NCBI GenBank assembly: GCA_019058275.1
Contig: JAHLVW010000015.1
Coordinates: forward strand, 1-64,000
Direction: 5' to 3'
Origin: Candidatus Heimdallarchaeota archaeon
Lineage (GTDB): Archaea; Asgardarchaeota; Heimdallarchaeia; JABLTI01
DNA: 64,000 bases
Positions 1 through 10,050 of the stretch are shown here, piece after piece. Under the pieces are notes generated by a model. That model searched no databases. It saw nothing but the letters and a program-made list of their open reading frames with translations, and was not told the DNA's origin. Numbering within the stretch: the stretch's first letter is position 1; each line of letters starts with the position of its first letter. Position numbers and translations under genes: made by a program.

Positions 1-33
1 GACATATATTGAATAAACAGGAGATAATATTGT

Positions 34-891
34 ATGAGAAGAAAAAAAGAAGATTTATGTTCAGAATTAGAAAAAAAAGCAAATATTGCATTCTATGAAA
101 TGACAGATGGTACAAAAATCAGAGTATTGGAATTTGATTTTGCTAAAAATCCAAACAAATATACCTTACTTTTTATACCAGGTTTTGCAACTGTTTTTCA
201 AAGTTGGCAAGAAGTTCTGGAACCGCTCTCTAAGGAATTTAGAATCCTATACTTTGAATCAAGAGAAAAAAATTCAAGCATTATGCCTACTAGAAAAATA
301 GAACGTAATATCAATTTACATAAAATGGCTTATGATATAAAGGAAACATTTGAGCAAATGGGATTAAAGGATCAAAATTACATAACAGTGTGCAGTTCTA
401 CAGGAGGAACTATTGAAATAGAAGCACTTAGTGAAAAATGGATTAGTCCGAATGGAGCTGTAATGGTAGGTCCTACTGTAGAGTATCATTTAAGCTTAAT
501 TGCACCACTTCTTGTTTCAATAGTACCAAAATTCGTTAAAAATCTCTTTACACCCATTTTTAGATGGTATATTGGTAAAATCTACGTTGACAAAAAGGAA
601 CACCCAGAACAATATGCTAAATATGTACGTGCAGGAGAAGAGATAAAACTAAGAAAGGTAAGGAAAATCCTTTGGCAGATGACGAAATACAAATGCTGGG
701 ATATGTTGCCAAAAATAGGGACAAAATGCTTGCTAGTAGGAGCTTCTTCTGATAAAATGCATGCAACAGAAGAAACTAAGAAAACACATGAGTTAATACC
801 AAACTCAGCATTCATTGATTTAGGAAGTAACAAAGCAACTCATTCGCAACCATTAGTTGATGCTATAAAATCATTTACTGAAAATTTATAG
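34..891 (+). CDS. alpha/beta hydrolase fold protein
   Basis: LLFIPGF oxyanion strand, CSSTGG nucleophile elbow, SSDKMH acid and C-terminal ATHSQP His. Confidence 0.75.
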   Translation: MRRKKEDLCSELEKKANIAFYEMTDGTKIRVLEFDFAKNPNKYTLLFIPGFATVFQSWQEVLEPLSKEFRILYFESREKNSSIMPTRKIERNINLHKMAYDIKETFEQMGLKDQNYITVCSSTGGTIEIEALSEKWISPNGAVMVGPTVEYHLSLIAPLLVSIVPKFVKNLFTPIFRWYIGKIYVDKKEHPEQYAKYVRAGEEIKLRKVRKILWQMTKYKCWDMLPKIGTKCLLVGASSDKMHATEETKKTHELIPNSAFIDLGSNKATHSQPLVDAIKSFTENL

Positions 892-946
892 AAAAATAAA
901 AGAAAGAGGAAAAAGTACATGGTGTTACTTTTCCGATTCATTTTGA

Positions 947-1639
947 TTAGAAGTCATCCTCAACTGAAGCTGGTTTTCTACATCCTGTAGCTATAGATGA
1001 AAACTCAGTAATTTTCCATTGACCATCTTTATTTCTAGCCAAAGATACTGGTGTTGGAAAGTCTTTACCACCACTTTGGATAACAACATTTGCATACTTA
1101 TCATCTACTTCTGATGCAATCAAACCCATGACCAATTTCTTTTCATTAAACTTGTAATCTTCTTTGTAGTTAGCTCCTAGGTATGATTTTGAAATATTAG
1201 GATCTTCGCTCATATGATTAAGCAACCTAAGATTTGTAGGTCCTAATTTAAGTCCAGATGGTGAACTTGAATCTTTTATGTTATGTTTCTTAGATAAGAT
1301 AATAGTAACCATTGAACCACCGATTTCCTTATCTTTAGAATAGTGAAGAGCAGCTATTAAGAAATGAAAAACAGATTGTACAGGATCCTTAGCTTTCTTT
1401 CCCCAGCTTGCTTTAAATTTATTAAAATCGGTAATAATTTCTCCTGATATCTTCTTAGATACCTTCATACCTTTCATAGCAGCAGCTCTTGCGTCAACAC
1501 TTTCATCAATTTGATGTTGTGCTTGACTTCTTGCTTTACTTACTAGACGATCTGTTTGCCTTTCAGCTTCATCATCAACAGCATCGCCAGCTACTCGTTT
1601 TACAGCTCTTCTGGCTTTCCTACGAAGTTTGTCAAACAT
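947..1639 (-). CDS. hypothetical protein (DUF6935-like C-terminal domain)
   Basis: Likely start is ATG at 1639 (MFDKLRRK), preceded by a GTGAT SD-like motif; C-terminal SGGKDFPTPVSLARNKDGQWKITEFSS resembles DUF6935 proteins as recalled. Confidence 0.55.
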   Translation of the reverse strand: MFDKLRRKARRAVKRVAGDAVDDEAERQTDRLVSKARSQAQHQIDESVDARAAAMKGMKVSKKISGEIITDFNKFKASWGKKAKDPVQSVFHFLIAALHYSKDKEIGGSMVTIILSKKHNIKDSSSPSGLKLGPTNLRLLNHMSEDPNISKSYLGANYKEDYKFNEKKLVMGLIASEVDDKYANVVIQSGGKDFPTPVSLARNKDGQWKITEFSSIATGCRKPASVEDDF

Positions 1640-1770
1640 TATAATCACATCATATAAAGTCTCTTTAGAAAACTCAGACCAAGATTTTTCTAAGAGCACA
1701 ACTTATAGCTCTGTTTTATCGACTATCAAATAATACTTTTTCGATTATAGAAACTTTAGTGGATTCAAGT

Positions 1771-3318
1771 TTATTTGATATTTGTTAGTTTTCCATAGAG
1801 ATTTCCTTTCTTTATTGTCTCGTATAAAGAGCTGTAGATCTCAAAATACTGGTCATAGATTTTGACATTTTCAGGAATTGGCTTCTTTTTATCCTCAATA
1901 ATTACCATTTGTTGAGCTGCTGCATCAATATCTTTGTAAACACCAGCACCAACTCCGGCAAGTATAGCTGCACCCAGTGCAGTAGCTTCTTCGACTTGTC
2001 CTTTAATTACAGGCATTTTACAAATATCAGCTTCTATTTGATTCCAAGTTGAATTTCTAGACGCTCCACCAGTTATTCTTAACTCATTTAATTTCACGCC
2101 AAGTTCGCGAAAAACATGTAGATTTGTTCTTATCTCATAACAAGTTGCTTCCATAATGGCCCTTATTAGATGATTTCTTGTATGTCCCAAACCCAATCCA
2201 AAGATTAATCCTCTAGCATTAGGATTCCAATGTGGAGCCCCTGCACCAACAAAGTGAGGTAAAACCATGACACCTTCTGAACCGGGTTTTATTGATTCAG
2301 CTTGCATTCCTAAAAGATCGTATGAGTCTAATTTTAGATTCTGTGCTATGCTTTTTTCTGCTGATGAGAAATTGTCTCTAAACCATCTTAAAATTGAACC
2401 AGTTGTAAAAATACTAGCTTCATAAACATATTTTCCAGGGATTGCATGACAGCTACAAAGAACTCTACGTTTTTTATCTCGTAGACTATTTTCTAAGAAT
2501 GCTAATAGAAATGTTCCAGTTCCCGTTGTTGCTTTTACTCTCCCTTTTCTTGTTACTCCTACACCAATTGCTGCGCATTGTTGATCTCCACCTCCTGCGA
2601 CTATTAGTAAACCCTCAGGAAGATTAGTTTCCTTGGCAGCACTTTTAGTTAATCCACCTATTTTCTTACCAGATGGCAATGGTGTTGGCAGTTTTTCTTT
2701 AGGTATATCTAAAGCATTTAGGATTTTATTTGACCATGATAAGTTGTTTAGGTCAAATAACATTGTTCTTGATGCATTACTAAAATCAGTAACATATTCA
2801 TCAGTAAATTTCATTTGAATGAAATCATGAACGAGCATAAATTTATGAGCCTTATCAAATGCCTTTTTCCAATTCTTTTTCATCCAAAGAATCTTTGAGC
2901 TTGAGAAGTATGGATCAACAGTTAAACCTGTGAGCTCGTATATTTTGCTACTGCCTATTTTCTCTTTTATATCATTACATTCTTGGATTGTTCTTCTATC
3001 TTGCCAAACAATTGCTTTAGATAACGGGTTCCCATCTTCATTTACTGGAACAATCGTTTCTCTTTGATTAGTAACACTTAAACTGACAATATTTGATGTT
3101 TTTACTTTTGATTTCTTTAGAACAGTATTTATTGTAGTTTTTGTAACTAACCACCAATCATCAGCATTTTGCTCTACAAAGGTAGGAGAAGGATATAGGC
3201 ATTCATATTCTTGATATGATGATGCAATTATCTGTCCCTCGAGATCAAAAATGATTGATCTGCCACCAGTAGTTCCAACATCTACACTCAGAATATATTG
3301 CTCTTTTTTATCATTCAA
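1771..3318 (-). CDS. FGGY-family carbohydrate kinase (xylulokinase/glycerol kinase-like)
   Basis: DVGTTG, TNQRET, WQDRRT, GGGDQQ, GAPHWN and EATALGAA motifs. Confidence 0.9.
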   Translation of the reverse strand: MNDKKEQYILSVDVGTTGGRSIIFDLEGQIIASSYQEYECLYPSPTFVEQNADDWWLVTKTTINTVLKKSKVKTSNIVSLSVTNQRETIVPVNEDGNPLSKAIVWQDRRTIQECNDIKEKIGSSKIYELTGLTVDPYFSSSKILWMKKNWKKAFDKAHKFMLVHDFIQMKFTDEYVTDFSNASRTMLFDLNNLSWSNKILNALDIPKEKLPTPLPSGKKIGGLTKSAAKETNLPEGLLIVAGGGDQQCAAIGVGVTRKGRVKATTGTGTFLLAFLENSLRDKKRRVLCSCHAIPGKYVYEASIFTTGSILRWFRDNFSSAEKSIAQNLKLDSYDLLGMQAESIKPGSEGVMVLPHFVGAGAPHWNPNARGLIFGLGLGHTRNHLIRAIMEATCYEIRTNLHVFRELGVKLNELRITGGASRNSTWNQIEADICKMPVIKGQVEEATALGAAILAGVGAGVYKDIDAAAQQMVIIEDKKKPIPENVKIYDQYFEIYSSLYETIKKGNLYGKLTNIK

Positions 3319-3418
3319 GCTTAAATCTCCTTTAGGTTAAAATAACATTATGACAAGTTACTTTGATAGTAAACATTCAAATTGTTCTTATTAATTTCTT
3401 ATGCTATTTTGCTGTCCT

Positions 3419-4192
3419 TTATTCTTTCTTTGCTATTATAAGGAATCTGTGATTTGTAACATCAAAATAGCCTTTTTCTAGGATTTCATTATGTAGTTCA
3501 AATAACTTGTTTTTGTATTTTTTAATTGTAAAATCAGGAATTTGCCAAGGTATAGCTTTGAGATGAAAGACTATAGCACCAATATCAAAGCAACGCATTA
3601 TTGGAGAACATTCAAGCTTATTTATAATTGTAAATCCAACATCTTCCAATTCTTTCATAGCATAATCTAAATCCCAATGAAGAAATTCTAATTCCTCTGA
3701 ATCAATCTTAGCTCCTAATTTTTGATTCAACTCAAGATCATTTTTTCCCCCAACTTGTTGAGTTATAAAATAACCACTGCTTTTTATAATTCTTAGAAGC
3801 TCTTTAACTGAATAAGATTCATGTCTATTTATCACTAATTCAAATTGTTCATTTCCAAAAGGTAAATTTTCATCTTTATCAGTTTCAACAACAGTTACAC
3901 CCAACGGTTCTAGTTTTTTTCTCGCAATTGGAACATTCGGCTTATATGCTTCAGTAGCAAATGTTTTTTCAGGCAAAGGTTGTAATGTAGATAGGAATTC
4001 GCCTCCGCCAGTTCCCATATCTAATAGGGTTTTAGTTTTTCTTACAAAAGGTAGTATCACACTAGGATAACTCCAAAAGAGAGGTGCTATAACTATCCTG
4101 TCTTTTAGGTGTGAAAAATCCCAGCCAGAAAATGGATGTTTGGCATCTTCGAGATAAATATCAAAGGATTCTTTAGAGGTTATTTTGAACAT
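3419..4192 (-). CDS. class I SAM-dependent methyltransferase
   Basis: FSGWDFS, LLDMGTGGGE, FELVINRHE and FITQQVGG motifs. Confidence 0.85.
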   Translation of the reverse strand: MFKITSKESFDIYLEDAKHPFSGWDFSHLKDRIVIAPLFWSYPSVILPFVRKTKTLLDMGTGGGEFLSTLQPLPEKTFATEAYKPNVPIARKKLEPLGVTVVETDKDENLPFGNEQFELVINRHESYSVKELLRIIKSSGYFITQQVGGKNDLELNQKLGAKIDSEELEFLHWDLDYAMKELEDVGFTIINKLECSPIMRCFDIGAIVFHLKAIPWQIPDFTIKKYKNKLFELHNEILEKGYFDVTNHRFLIIAKKE

Positions 4193-4389
4193 GAGATAAT
4201 CTCCAGTTTAATCTTAAATAACTGCTTTTTATGAAAAATCTTCCATAACAAAGTATTTGAATTATGTCTAAGAATAAAATATTAATTATCTAATTCGAAT
4301 AAAATTCTAAATTCCTAAATGTGCTCTTTCCGTAATGTTCAAAAAAACATATGAATTTAAAGTTAAGTACACATTAATAACACAACTGG

Positions 4390-5388
4390 ATGGGAAAAAG
4401 ATTGAAGATATTTTTTGATGAAACACAAAAAGAACGTGGTAAAATAAATACTAATTATTCTATTCTTCGTGATTCACTTAGAAGCGAAGGGTTTGAGGTT
4501 GAAATTTATAATGATTTCCCAATTTCAGAAAAAGCACTGAAATGTGATGTATTTGTTTTTGCATGTCCAGACGGATCTAAACTTGGCAAAAATGAAATTG
4601 ATGCAATTATTAATTTCGTTGAAAGAGGTGGAGGACTATTAGTAATAGGAAATGCTGGAGGTGATCGGGGCTTAAGGACAAATACGAATGAGATTCTGAA
4701 TAGAGTAGGAATAGAAATGCTATCCGATCAAGTTAAAGATGAAGCAAATAATGAGTTTAATATGCCAACTCATCCAGTAATTAAAGATCTTATTGGACAT
4801 CCAATTTGTCAAGGGGTCTCTGAAATCGTAGTTGTTGCTGGTTGCTCTGTAAGAGGATCATCTAAAATGAGGGGTATAGCGAAAACTTCACCAAATGCGG
4901 AACCACCTAATGTACCAGTAGTTGTTGCTGGTGAGCATAAAGGAGGTAGAGTTGTAGCTACTGGTTCATATAGATTATTCTCAAATTATGGTGCAGGGCT
5001 TTCACTTAGAAACAATCGTACATTTGCTATGAATGTTTTTAGATGGTTGTCAAGATCAGATACTGGAAAGGCTCCATCTCCTGCAACTGCAAAAGTAGAT
5101 GCAATTGTTCCACCAAAAAGCAAACCTATAGAAGCAAGTGTAAAACCATCTCCAATTCCACCACCACCAACAACAGCTGTGACACCAAGAACCAGTTCAG
5201 TAGCGACACAAAGACCAACTACTGCTAGCGATCAGAATGTAATACTAGAGATTGAAAGATTACGCTCAGAAATATCTGAAATGAGAGAGATAATTGCTCG
5301 ATTATATTCTGATTCTTTAGGTTACTTACAAGAAATGAAAGAAGAAGTTAGATCCATGCTTGATTATATTAGAACAAAGGAAGGATAA
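4390..5388 (+). CDS. GIFT (GldG/IFT52/DUF4350-like) domain protein with Pro-rich linker and C-terminal coiled coil
   Basis: IFFDETQKE, FVERGGGLLVIG, GGRVVATGSYRLF and NNRTFAMNVFRWL motifs; no signal peptide. Confidence 0.7.
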   Translation: MGKRLKIFFDETQKERGKINTNYSILRDSLRSEGFEVEIYNDFPISEKALKCDVFVFACPDGSKLGKNEIDAIINFVERGGGLLVIGNAGGDRGLRTNTNEILNRVGIEMLSDQVKDEANNEFNMPTHPVIKDLIGHPICQGVSEIVVVAGCSVRGSSKMRGIAKTSPNAEPPNVPVVVAGEHKGGRVVATGSYRLFSNYGAGLSLRNNRTFAMNVFRWLSRSDTGKAPSPATAKVDAIVPPKSKPIEASVKPSPIPPPPTTAVTPRTSSVATQRPTTASDQNVILEIERLRSEISEMREIIARLYSDSLGYLQEMKEEVRSMLDYIRTKEG

Positions 5389-5432
5389 TTTCCTTTTCTT
5401 CTTTTTTATTTTAAGAGGTTTTTTTTATTTAT
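5389..5432 (+). terminator. oligo-T tract (archaeal-type terminator)
   Basis: Several T runs immediately after the stop at 5388. Confidence 0.4.
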
Positions 5433-5523
5433 TATTCACACATTTTAGCATAATTAAATTAGGCAAGTTTTATAACTTTAATATGATGTAAGACATTAAA
5501 CCTAACAATCAAGGTGCTGATAT

Positions 5524-7320
5524 ATGAAATATGCTGATTTAGCAGAGATATACAAAAAACTTGATGTAACTACAAAAAGATTGGAAATGATAGAAATTCT
5601 AATCGAGCTTTTTGAACTAACACCAAAAGAAAAGATGCGCTCTGTTATTTATTTAACATCTGGTAAAATTTGTGCGGATTATATTGGTCTTGAACTTGGT
5701 TTTGCTGATAAAATGGTAATAAAAGCCATTGCTAAAGCAGTAGGAAAGCCGGGGAATGATGTAACCAAATTGTTTCATAAAACAGGTGATTTAGGCGAGG
5801 TTGCTGAAACTCTGATTGGGAAGACAGGTCAACAACAACTTGGAGCGTTTTTTGGAGCGAGTGGTTCTGACCAAGAAAGACAATTAACAGTGGATGAGGT
5901 TTGGGAGACTTTACATAAAATTGCTAAAACAGAAGGTAAGGGGTCCTCAACAAAGAAAACTAACTATTTGTTAGGAGTGTTTTCAAAAGCATCTCCATTA
6001 GAAGCGAAGTACATCACTAGAACTGTTTTAACACAACTAAGACTTGGAGTGAAAGACCTTACAATAATCGAAGCACTTTCACGCAAATATGGAGAAGGAA
6101 AGGAATCTCGAGTAATAATTGAACATGCATACAATGTCACAAGTGATATCGGAGAAATAGGTGAAAGATTAGCAAAAGAAGGTATTGAAGCAATAAAAAG
6201 AATTGATATTGTTGTTGGAAGACCCATTCGAATGATGTCAGCTCAAAGGATGGGCACAGCTGAAGAAATCCTTGAGAAACTTGGTGGTAAATGTGCATTG
6301 GAATTCAAATATGATGGAGAAAGAGTTCAAGCTCATGTCAATAAAGATGAAATCACTTTATACTCGAGAAATCTTAATGAAATTACAGATATGTATCCGG
6401 ATGTCAAAGGAGCTCTCAAAAGAAGTTTAAAATCTAAAAAGGCAATTGTGGAAGGCGAAATTACTGCTTGGGATCCAGAGACTGAGCAGTTAAAACCATT
6501 CCAAATCTTGATGTCTAGAAAGCGTAAATATGATATAGATAAAGCAATGGAGAAAATCCCAGTAAAGCTTTTCTTATTTGATATTCTTTACAAAGATGGA
6601 GAGAGTCTTCTGAAAAAATCTTATCCAGAACGTCGTCAAATTCTGGAATCGTTAGTAAACGATGATGACGTTATTGTTCTTTCATCAAGAGAAATAGTAA
6701 ATACAGCAGAAGGATTTGAAGGTTATTTTGAGAAAGCCATTGAAAGTGGCTGTGAAGGGATAATGGCAAAGGACATTCGAAAGGAAACCCAGTATCAAGC
6801 TGGTAATCGAGGATTTCTTTGGATTAAACATAAGTTTGACTACACATCAACCTTTGCTGATAGTTATGATTTTGTTGTCGTTGGAGGATTTTACGGAAAA
6901 GGAAGAAGAAAAGGCACCCTTGGCACACTTCTGATGGCTGCTTTTAATCCAGAAGAAAATCGCTTTGAGACAGTCTGCAAACTTGGTTCTGGTTTTACTG
7001 ATGAAGATTTGGCCAATATCACTGAGGCGTTAATGAGTATTAAATTAGATAAGAAACCAAAAGATGTTGTGTCTAATTTAAATGCAGATGTTTGGGTCAT
7101 TCCATCACTAGTGTATGAAGTGCAAGGTGCTGATTTATCTGCAAGTCCTGTTCATACATGTGCATTAGGGGAAATCAAAAAGGATGCAGGGATTGCTATT
7201 CGATTTCCAAGATTTATTAGGTATAGAGAGGATAAAGGACCCGAAATTGCTACAACAACAAATGAGATTATAGATGCCTATAAGAGACAGAGGTTATTAA
7301 AAAAACAAGATAATACCTAA
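5524..7320 (+). CDS. lig: ATP-dependent DNA ligase
   Basis: EFKYDGERVQ adenylation motif, EGIMAK, WIKHK and IRFPRFIRYREDK; PIP-like QQQLGAFF. Confidence 0.97.
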   Translation: MKYADLAEIYKKLDVTTKRLEMIEILIELFELTPKEKMRSVIYLTSGKICADYIGLELGFADKMVIKAIAKAVGKPGNDVTKLFHKTGDLGEVAETLIGKTGQQQLGAFFGASGSDQERQLTVDEVWETLHKIAKTEGKGSSTKKTNYLLGVFSKASPLEAKYITRTVLTQLRLGVKDLTIIEALSRKYGEGKESRVIIEHAYNVTSDIGEIGERLAKEGIEAIKRIDIVVGRPIRMMSAQRMGTAEEILEKLGGKCALEFKYDGERVQAHVNKDEITLYSRNLNEITDMYPDVKGALKRSLKSKKAIVEGEITAWDPETEQLKPFQILMSRKRKYDIDKAMEKIPVKLFLFDILYKDGESLLKKSYPERRQILESLVNDDDVIVLSSREIVNTAEGFEGYFEKAIESGCEGIMAKDIRKETQYQAGNRGFLWIKHKFDYTSTFADSYDFVVVGGFYGKGRRKGTLGTLLMAAFNPEENRFETVCKLGSGFTDEDLANITEALMSIKLDKKPKDVVSNLNADVWVIPSLVYEVQGADLSASPVHTCALGEIKKDAGIAIRFPRFIRYREDKGPEIATTTNEIIDAYKRQRLLKKQDNT

Positions 7321-7391
7321 ACGAAACTAATTTTAACATGCTTTAGTATTCTAATATAGTTATTTATGTTGTACTAATCGGAGGAACATCA

Positions 7392-8009
7392 TTGCCTGAA
7401 TTGAATCGTGATGAATCGTTAGATTTAGAGAACGATTTGGAAACTAAGCAAACACGTATTGAAGTAGGGGGACATGTAGAGACTTATGATGATATAAGCC
7501 CAAAAAAAGCTCTGAAACAACTACGAAGTATCATCAAAGATTATGAAGATTATCAAACAGTTCCAAATCGAAGAAAAACTGACTTCCAATTCCGTGAATT
7601 CGTGCGAGATTCAATTAATCGAACAAATGATAGAGTAAAAGAAATTCATGCATTACTTATTGAGAAACAGCAGATGTCTACTTGGGCAGTTGCTGAACGT
7701 CTAATTAATGAAGCTGCTTTCTTCGCAAGAGAAGTTGAAAAAGGCGATTATGGTTTCACTACCTTTTTTGATAATCCAAAGTTACTTGAAATGGACATTT
7801 CTCAATTATATCTTATTGATTATGAATTCCTAAATTCACTCAAAACTATGAGAAAAAGAACTGAAGCATTTATGGATATGGTTCGAAGAAATTATTTAGA
7901 AGATATAGATCTTTGGTTTGAAACTCATGATCGTATACTTGGTAGACTTATAAGATTAAATGATGATAGAGCTAAACTAATAGGCTCCTATGAAAGGATT
8001 TCTTACTAA
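7392..8009 (+). CDS. conserved hypothetical helical protein
   Basis: TTG start after GGAGG; 205-aa ORF with GDYGFTTFFD..LYLIDYE motif. Confidence 0.7.
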   Translation: MPELNRDESLDLENDLETKQTRIEVGGHVETYDDISPKKALKQLRSIIKDYEDYQTVPNRRKTDFQFREFVRDSINRTNDRVKEIHALLIEKQQMSTWAVAERLINEAAFFAREVEKGDYGFTTFFDNPKLLEMDISQLYLIDYEFLNSLKTMRKRTEAFMDMVRRNYLEDIDLWFETHDRILGRLIRLNDDRAKLIGSYERISY

Positions 8010-8032
8010 TCGTATTAGATTCAATATTCAAA

Positions 8033-8347
8033 CTATTTTTCTATTTTATTTCTTATAGTAGTTATATCTGTATTTAGAATTAGAATAGCTTTATCTCGTG
8101 AAGTATGACCTGTAACAATCTGCATCTCAGAGGATGATTTTTCAAGGTATTTTGCTAAGAATTTCAACAGTTCTTTGTTTGCTTTTCCCTTTTCTGGAGG
8201 TGATTTAACACAAACAGTAATTGTGCCAGTTATGGGATCAAATAATAATGCTTGTTTTCGACTATTAGGTTTAACAATTAAATGCAAAATAGTTCCTTTT
8301 TCGGATTCAGTAAGTAGTTTCTTTTGATTCATTATTTGCGACCACAT
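8033..8347 (-). CDS. DUF167 / YggU family protein
   Basis: VKPNS, VKSPPEKGKANKEL and GHTSRDK motifs; start may be ATG at 8332. Confidence 0.88.
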   Translation of the reverse strand: MWSQIMNQKKLLTESEKGTILHLIVKPNSRKQALLFDPITGTITVCVKSPPEKGKANKELLKFLAKYLEKSSSEMQIVTGHTSRDKAILILNTDITTIRNKIEK

Positions 8348-8350
8348 AAT

Positions 8351-9397
8351 TTACTCTGAAAATTGAATTGCATCGAAATCAACCATCATTTTGTAAGATC
8401 GTTTGAAAATTTTCGTTGCATCTTTTGGTGATGTATGTTTTGGATCCTCTACTTTAGGGGATTTTGACAGAACGAATAGATGCAAATCATCCTCTTCTAC
8501 TAAATGTTGAATTTTCACTATTCTATCTGCATAAGCAATTTCCTTTTTCAATGGTTTCCAATCACTTGGTTTTCTTATACGTAAAAAGCAAACCATAGAT
8601 GGAAATAAGGATCCCATGCTTTCATTCATAAGAATCTGAATTGATAGGGAATCAAATGATTTTGGTGGTTCATCAAAATCAATCATAAACCTCACGTTAT
8701 ATGGTAACATAATCTCATCTTTTAAATCTGGATCAATTATTTGCTGTAATTGAATTGCAGGGGTAGTTGTGAATTCAAGCTCATCTAATTCTTCATGTTT
8801 TGTAAATTGATAGTAAAATAATATCTTCCTTAAAATCTCTGGTTCCCAGCATTCAATTCTGATAACAAACCAAAGTGGTACTAATAAAATGTAAATGTCA
8901 ACTAGAAACAACATAGTTGATAAATAAAAACGACTAGAGAGAGCAATGCTGAGGATATAAATTAAGGTAACACCAAAAAGTGTACCTGCAAATGTCCATC
9001 TACCTTTAGGTTTTGTTAGATCAAAAAATGCAGCATATTTCTTTTGGTTTTTCTTACGCGTATTTATTAAATTGAAATAATCTGATAGTTGCTTCATAGT
9101 TGTATCTGTCCATATTCCTTTTTCTTCTGACAGTTTAGGTTTTTCAGCTATTTTTAACTGCCTTGGGAAAAGCAAAAGTAGAGCTACTATTATGAGAACT
9201 AATCCTAATATAAACGAAACATAAGACACTGCTGTTGTTTCAAAAGGGAATATTCCATTTATTGGTAAAAGGATCTGAAAGAGTAAACCTAGAACTCCAA
9301 ATACAATTCCAGTTGCTAATCTTGGTATTACTGGAAAATTTTTGAATAAAAAGAAATCATCCTTTGAAACAGTAAAAGCTAACAATAATGTCACCAC
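8351..9397 (-). CDS. hypothetical membrane protein
   Basis: About four hydrophobic segments followed by a soluble C-terminal domain. Confidence 0.7.
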   Translation of the reverse strand: MVTLLLAFTVSKDDFFLFKNFPVIPRLATGIVFGVLGLLFQILLPINGIFPFETTAVSYVSFILGLVLIIVALLLLFPRQLKIAEKPKLSEEKGIWTDTTMKQLSDYFNLINTRKKNQKKYAAFFDLTKPKGRWTFAGTLFGVTLIYILSIALSSRFYLSTMLFLVDIYILLVPLWFVIRIECWEPEILRKILFYYQFTKHEELDELEFTTTPAIQLQQIIDPDLKDEIMLPYNVRFMIDFDEPPKSFDSLSIQILMNESMGSLFPSMVCFLRIRKPSDWKPLKKEIAYADRIVKIQHLVEEDDLHLFVLSKSPKVEDPKHTSPKDATKIFKRSYKMMVDFDAIQFSE

Positions 9398-9450
9398 TTA
9401 CATATATCTTGTAACTAATAATTGCAATTTAATATTTGTTAGGTTTACTT

Positions 9451-9876
9451 TCAATAATCACTTTTGGGTTGTTTTTCAACATTTTTGATTGGAGTATATA
9501 AAAAAATTTTAGTTGTAAAACTTATAGTCCAAAAAAGAATGGCTAACCCAACTAAAAGTGAGATAAACCATAGTTGAATGTCAGTAAAATAATAGATTAA
9601 ACCTGAAACAATACTTGCTGTAATTACTAACGTTAAAATCTCAATTGTTTTGATTTGAATGATGTAGGTCGAAAACCAACCAAAAACCAACCAGATTGCA
9701 AAAACTCCGAACATTGCGTAGATATTTATTTTTAAAAGCGACCAGCCAAGACCAGCAGTTATACTTCCTTCAAGTAGACCTATCCCGAAAGCCTTCGTAA
9801 ATGATTTTAATTTTTCTTGAAATTGCTTCTTCTTATCAAGGGAGTTTTTTTCATTCATTGTAAGAAATAGAAGCAC
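9451..9876 (-). CDS. small hypothetical membrane protein (~4 TM)
   Basis: Consecutive hydrophobic helices. Confidence 0.65.
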   Translation of the reverse strand: MLLFLTMNEKNSLDKKKQFQEKLKSFTKAFGIGLLEGSITAGLGWSLLKINIYAMFGVFAIWLVFGWFSTYIIQIKTIEILTLVITASIVSGLIYYFTDIQLWFISLLVGLAILFWTISFTTKIFLYTPIKNVEKQPKSDY

Positions 9877-10050
9877 TTACGTTTAAAAAGAGTTAGGAAG
9901 AAAACCAGTTTCTATTTTTTTGCACAAATATAAACCTAGACACATTTTTAATAGGAAAAAACTAAAAACATCATAGGTAGAAATATAGAATTGAATAATA
10001 TAAAACATTATTTAAACTATTAACAATTTAATAAAAAATTGGTGGGGAAA

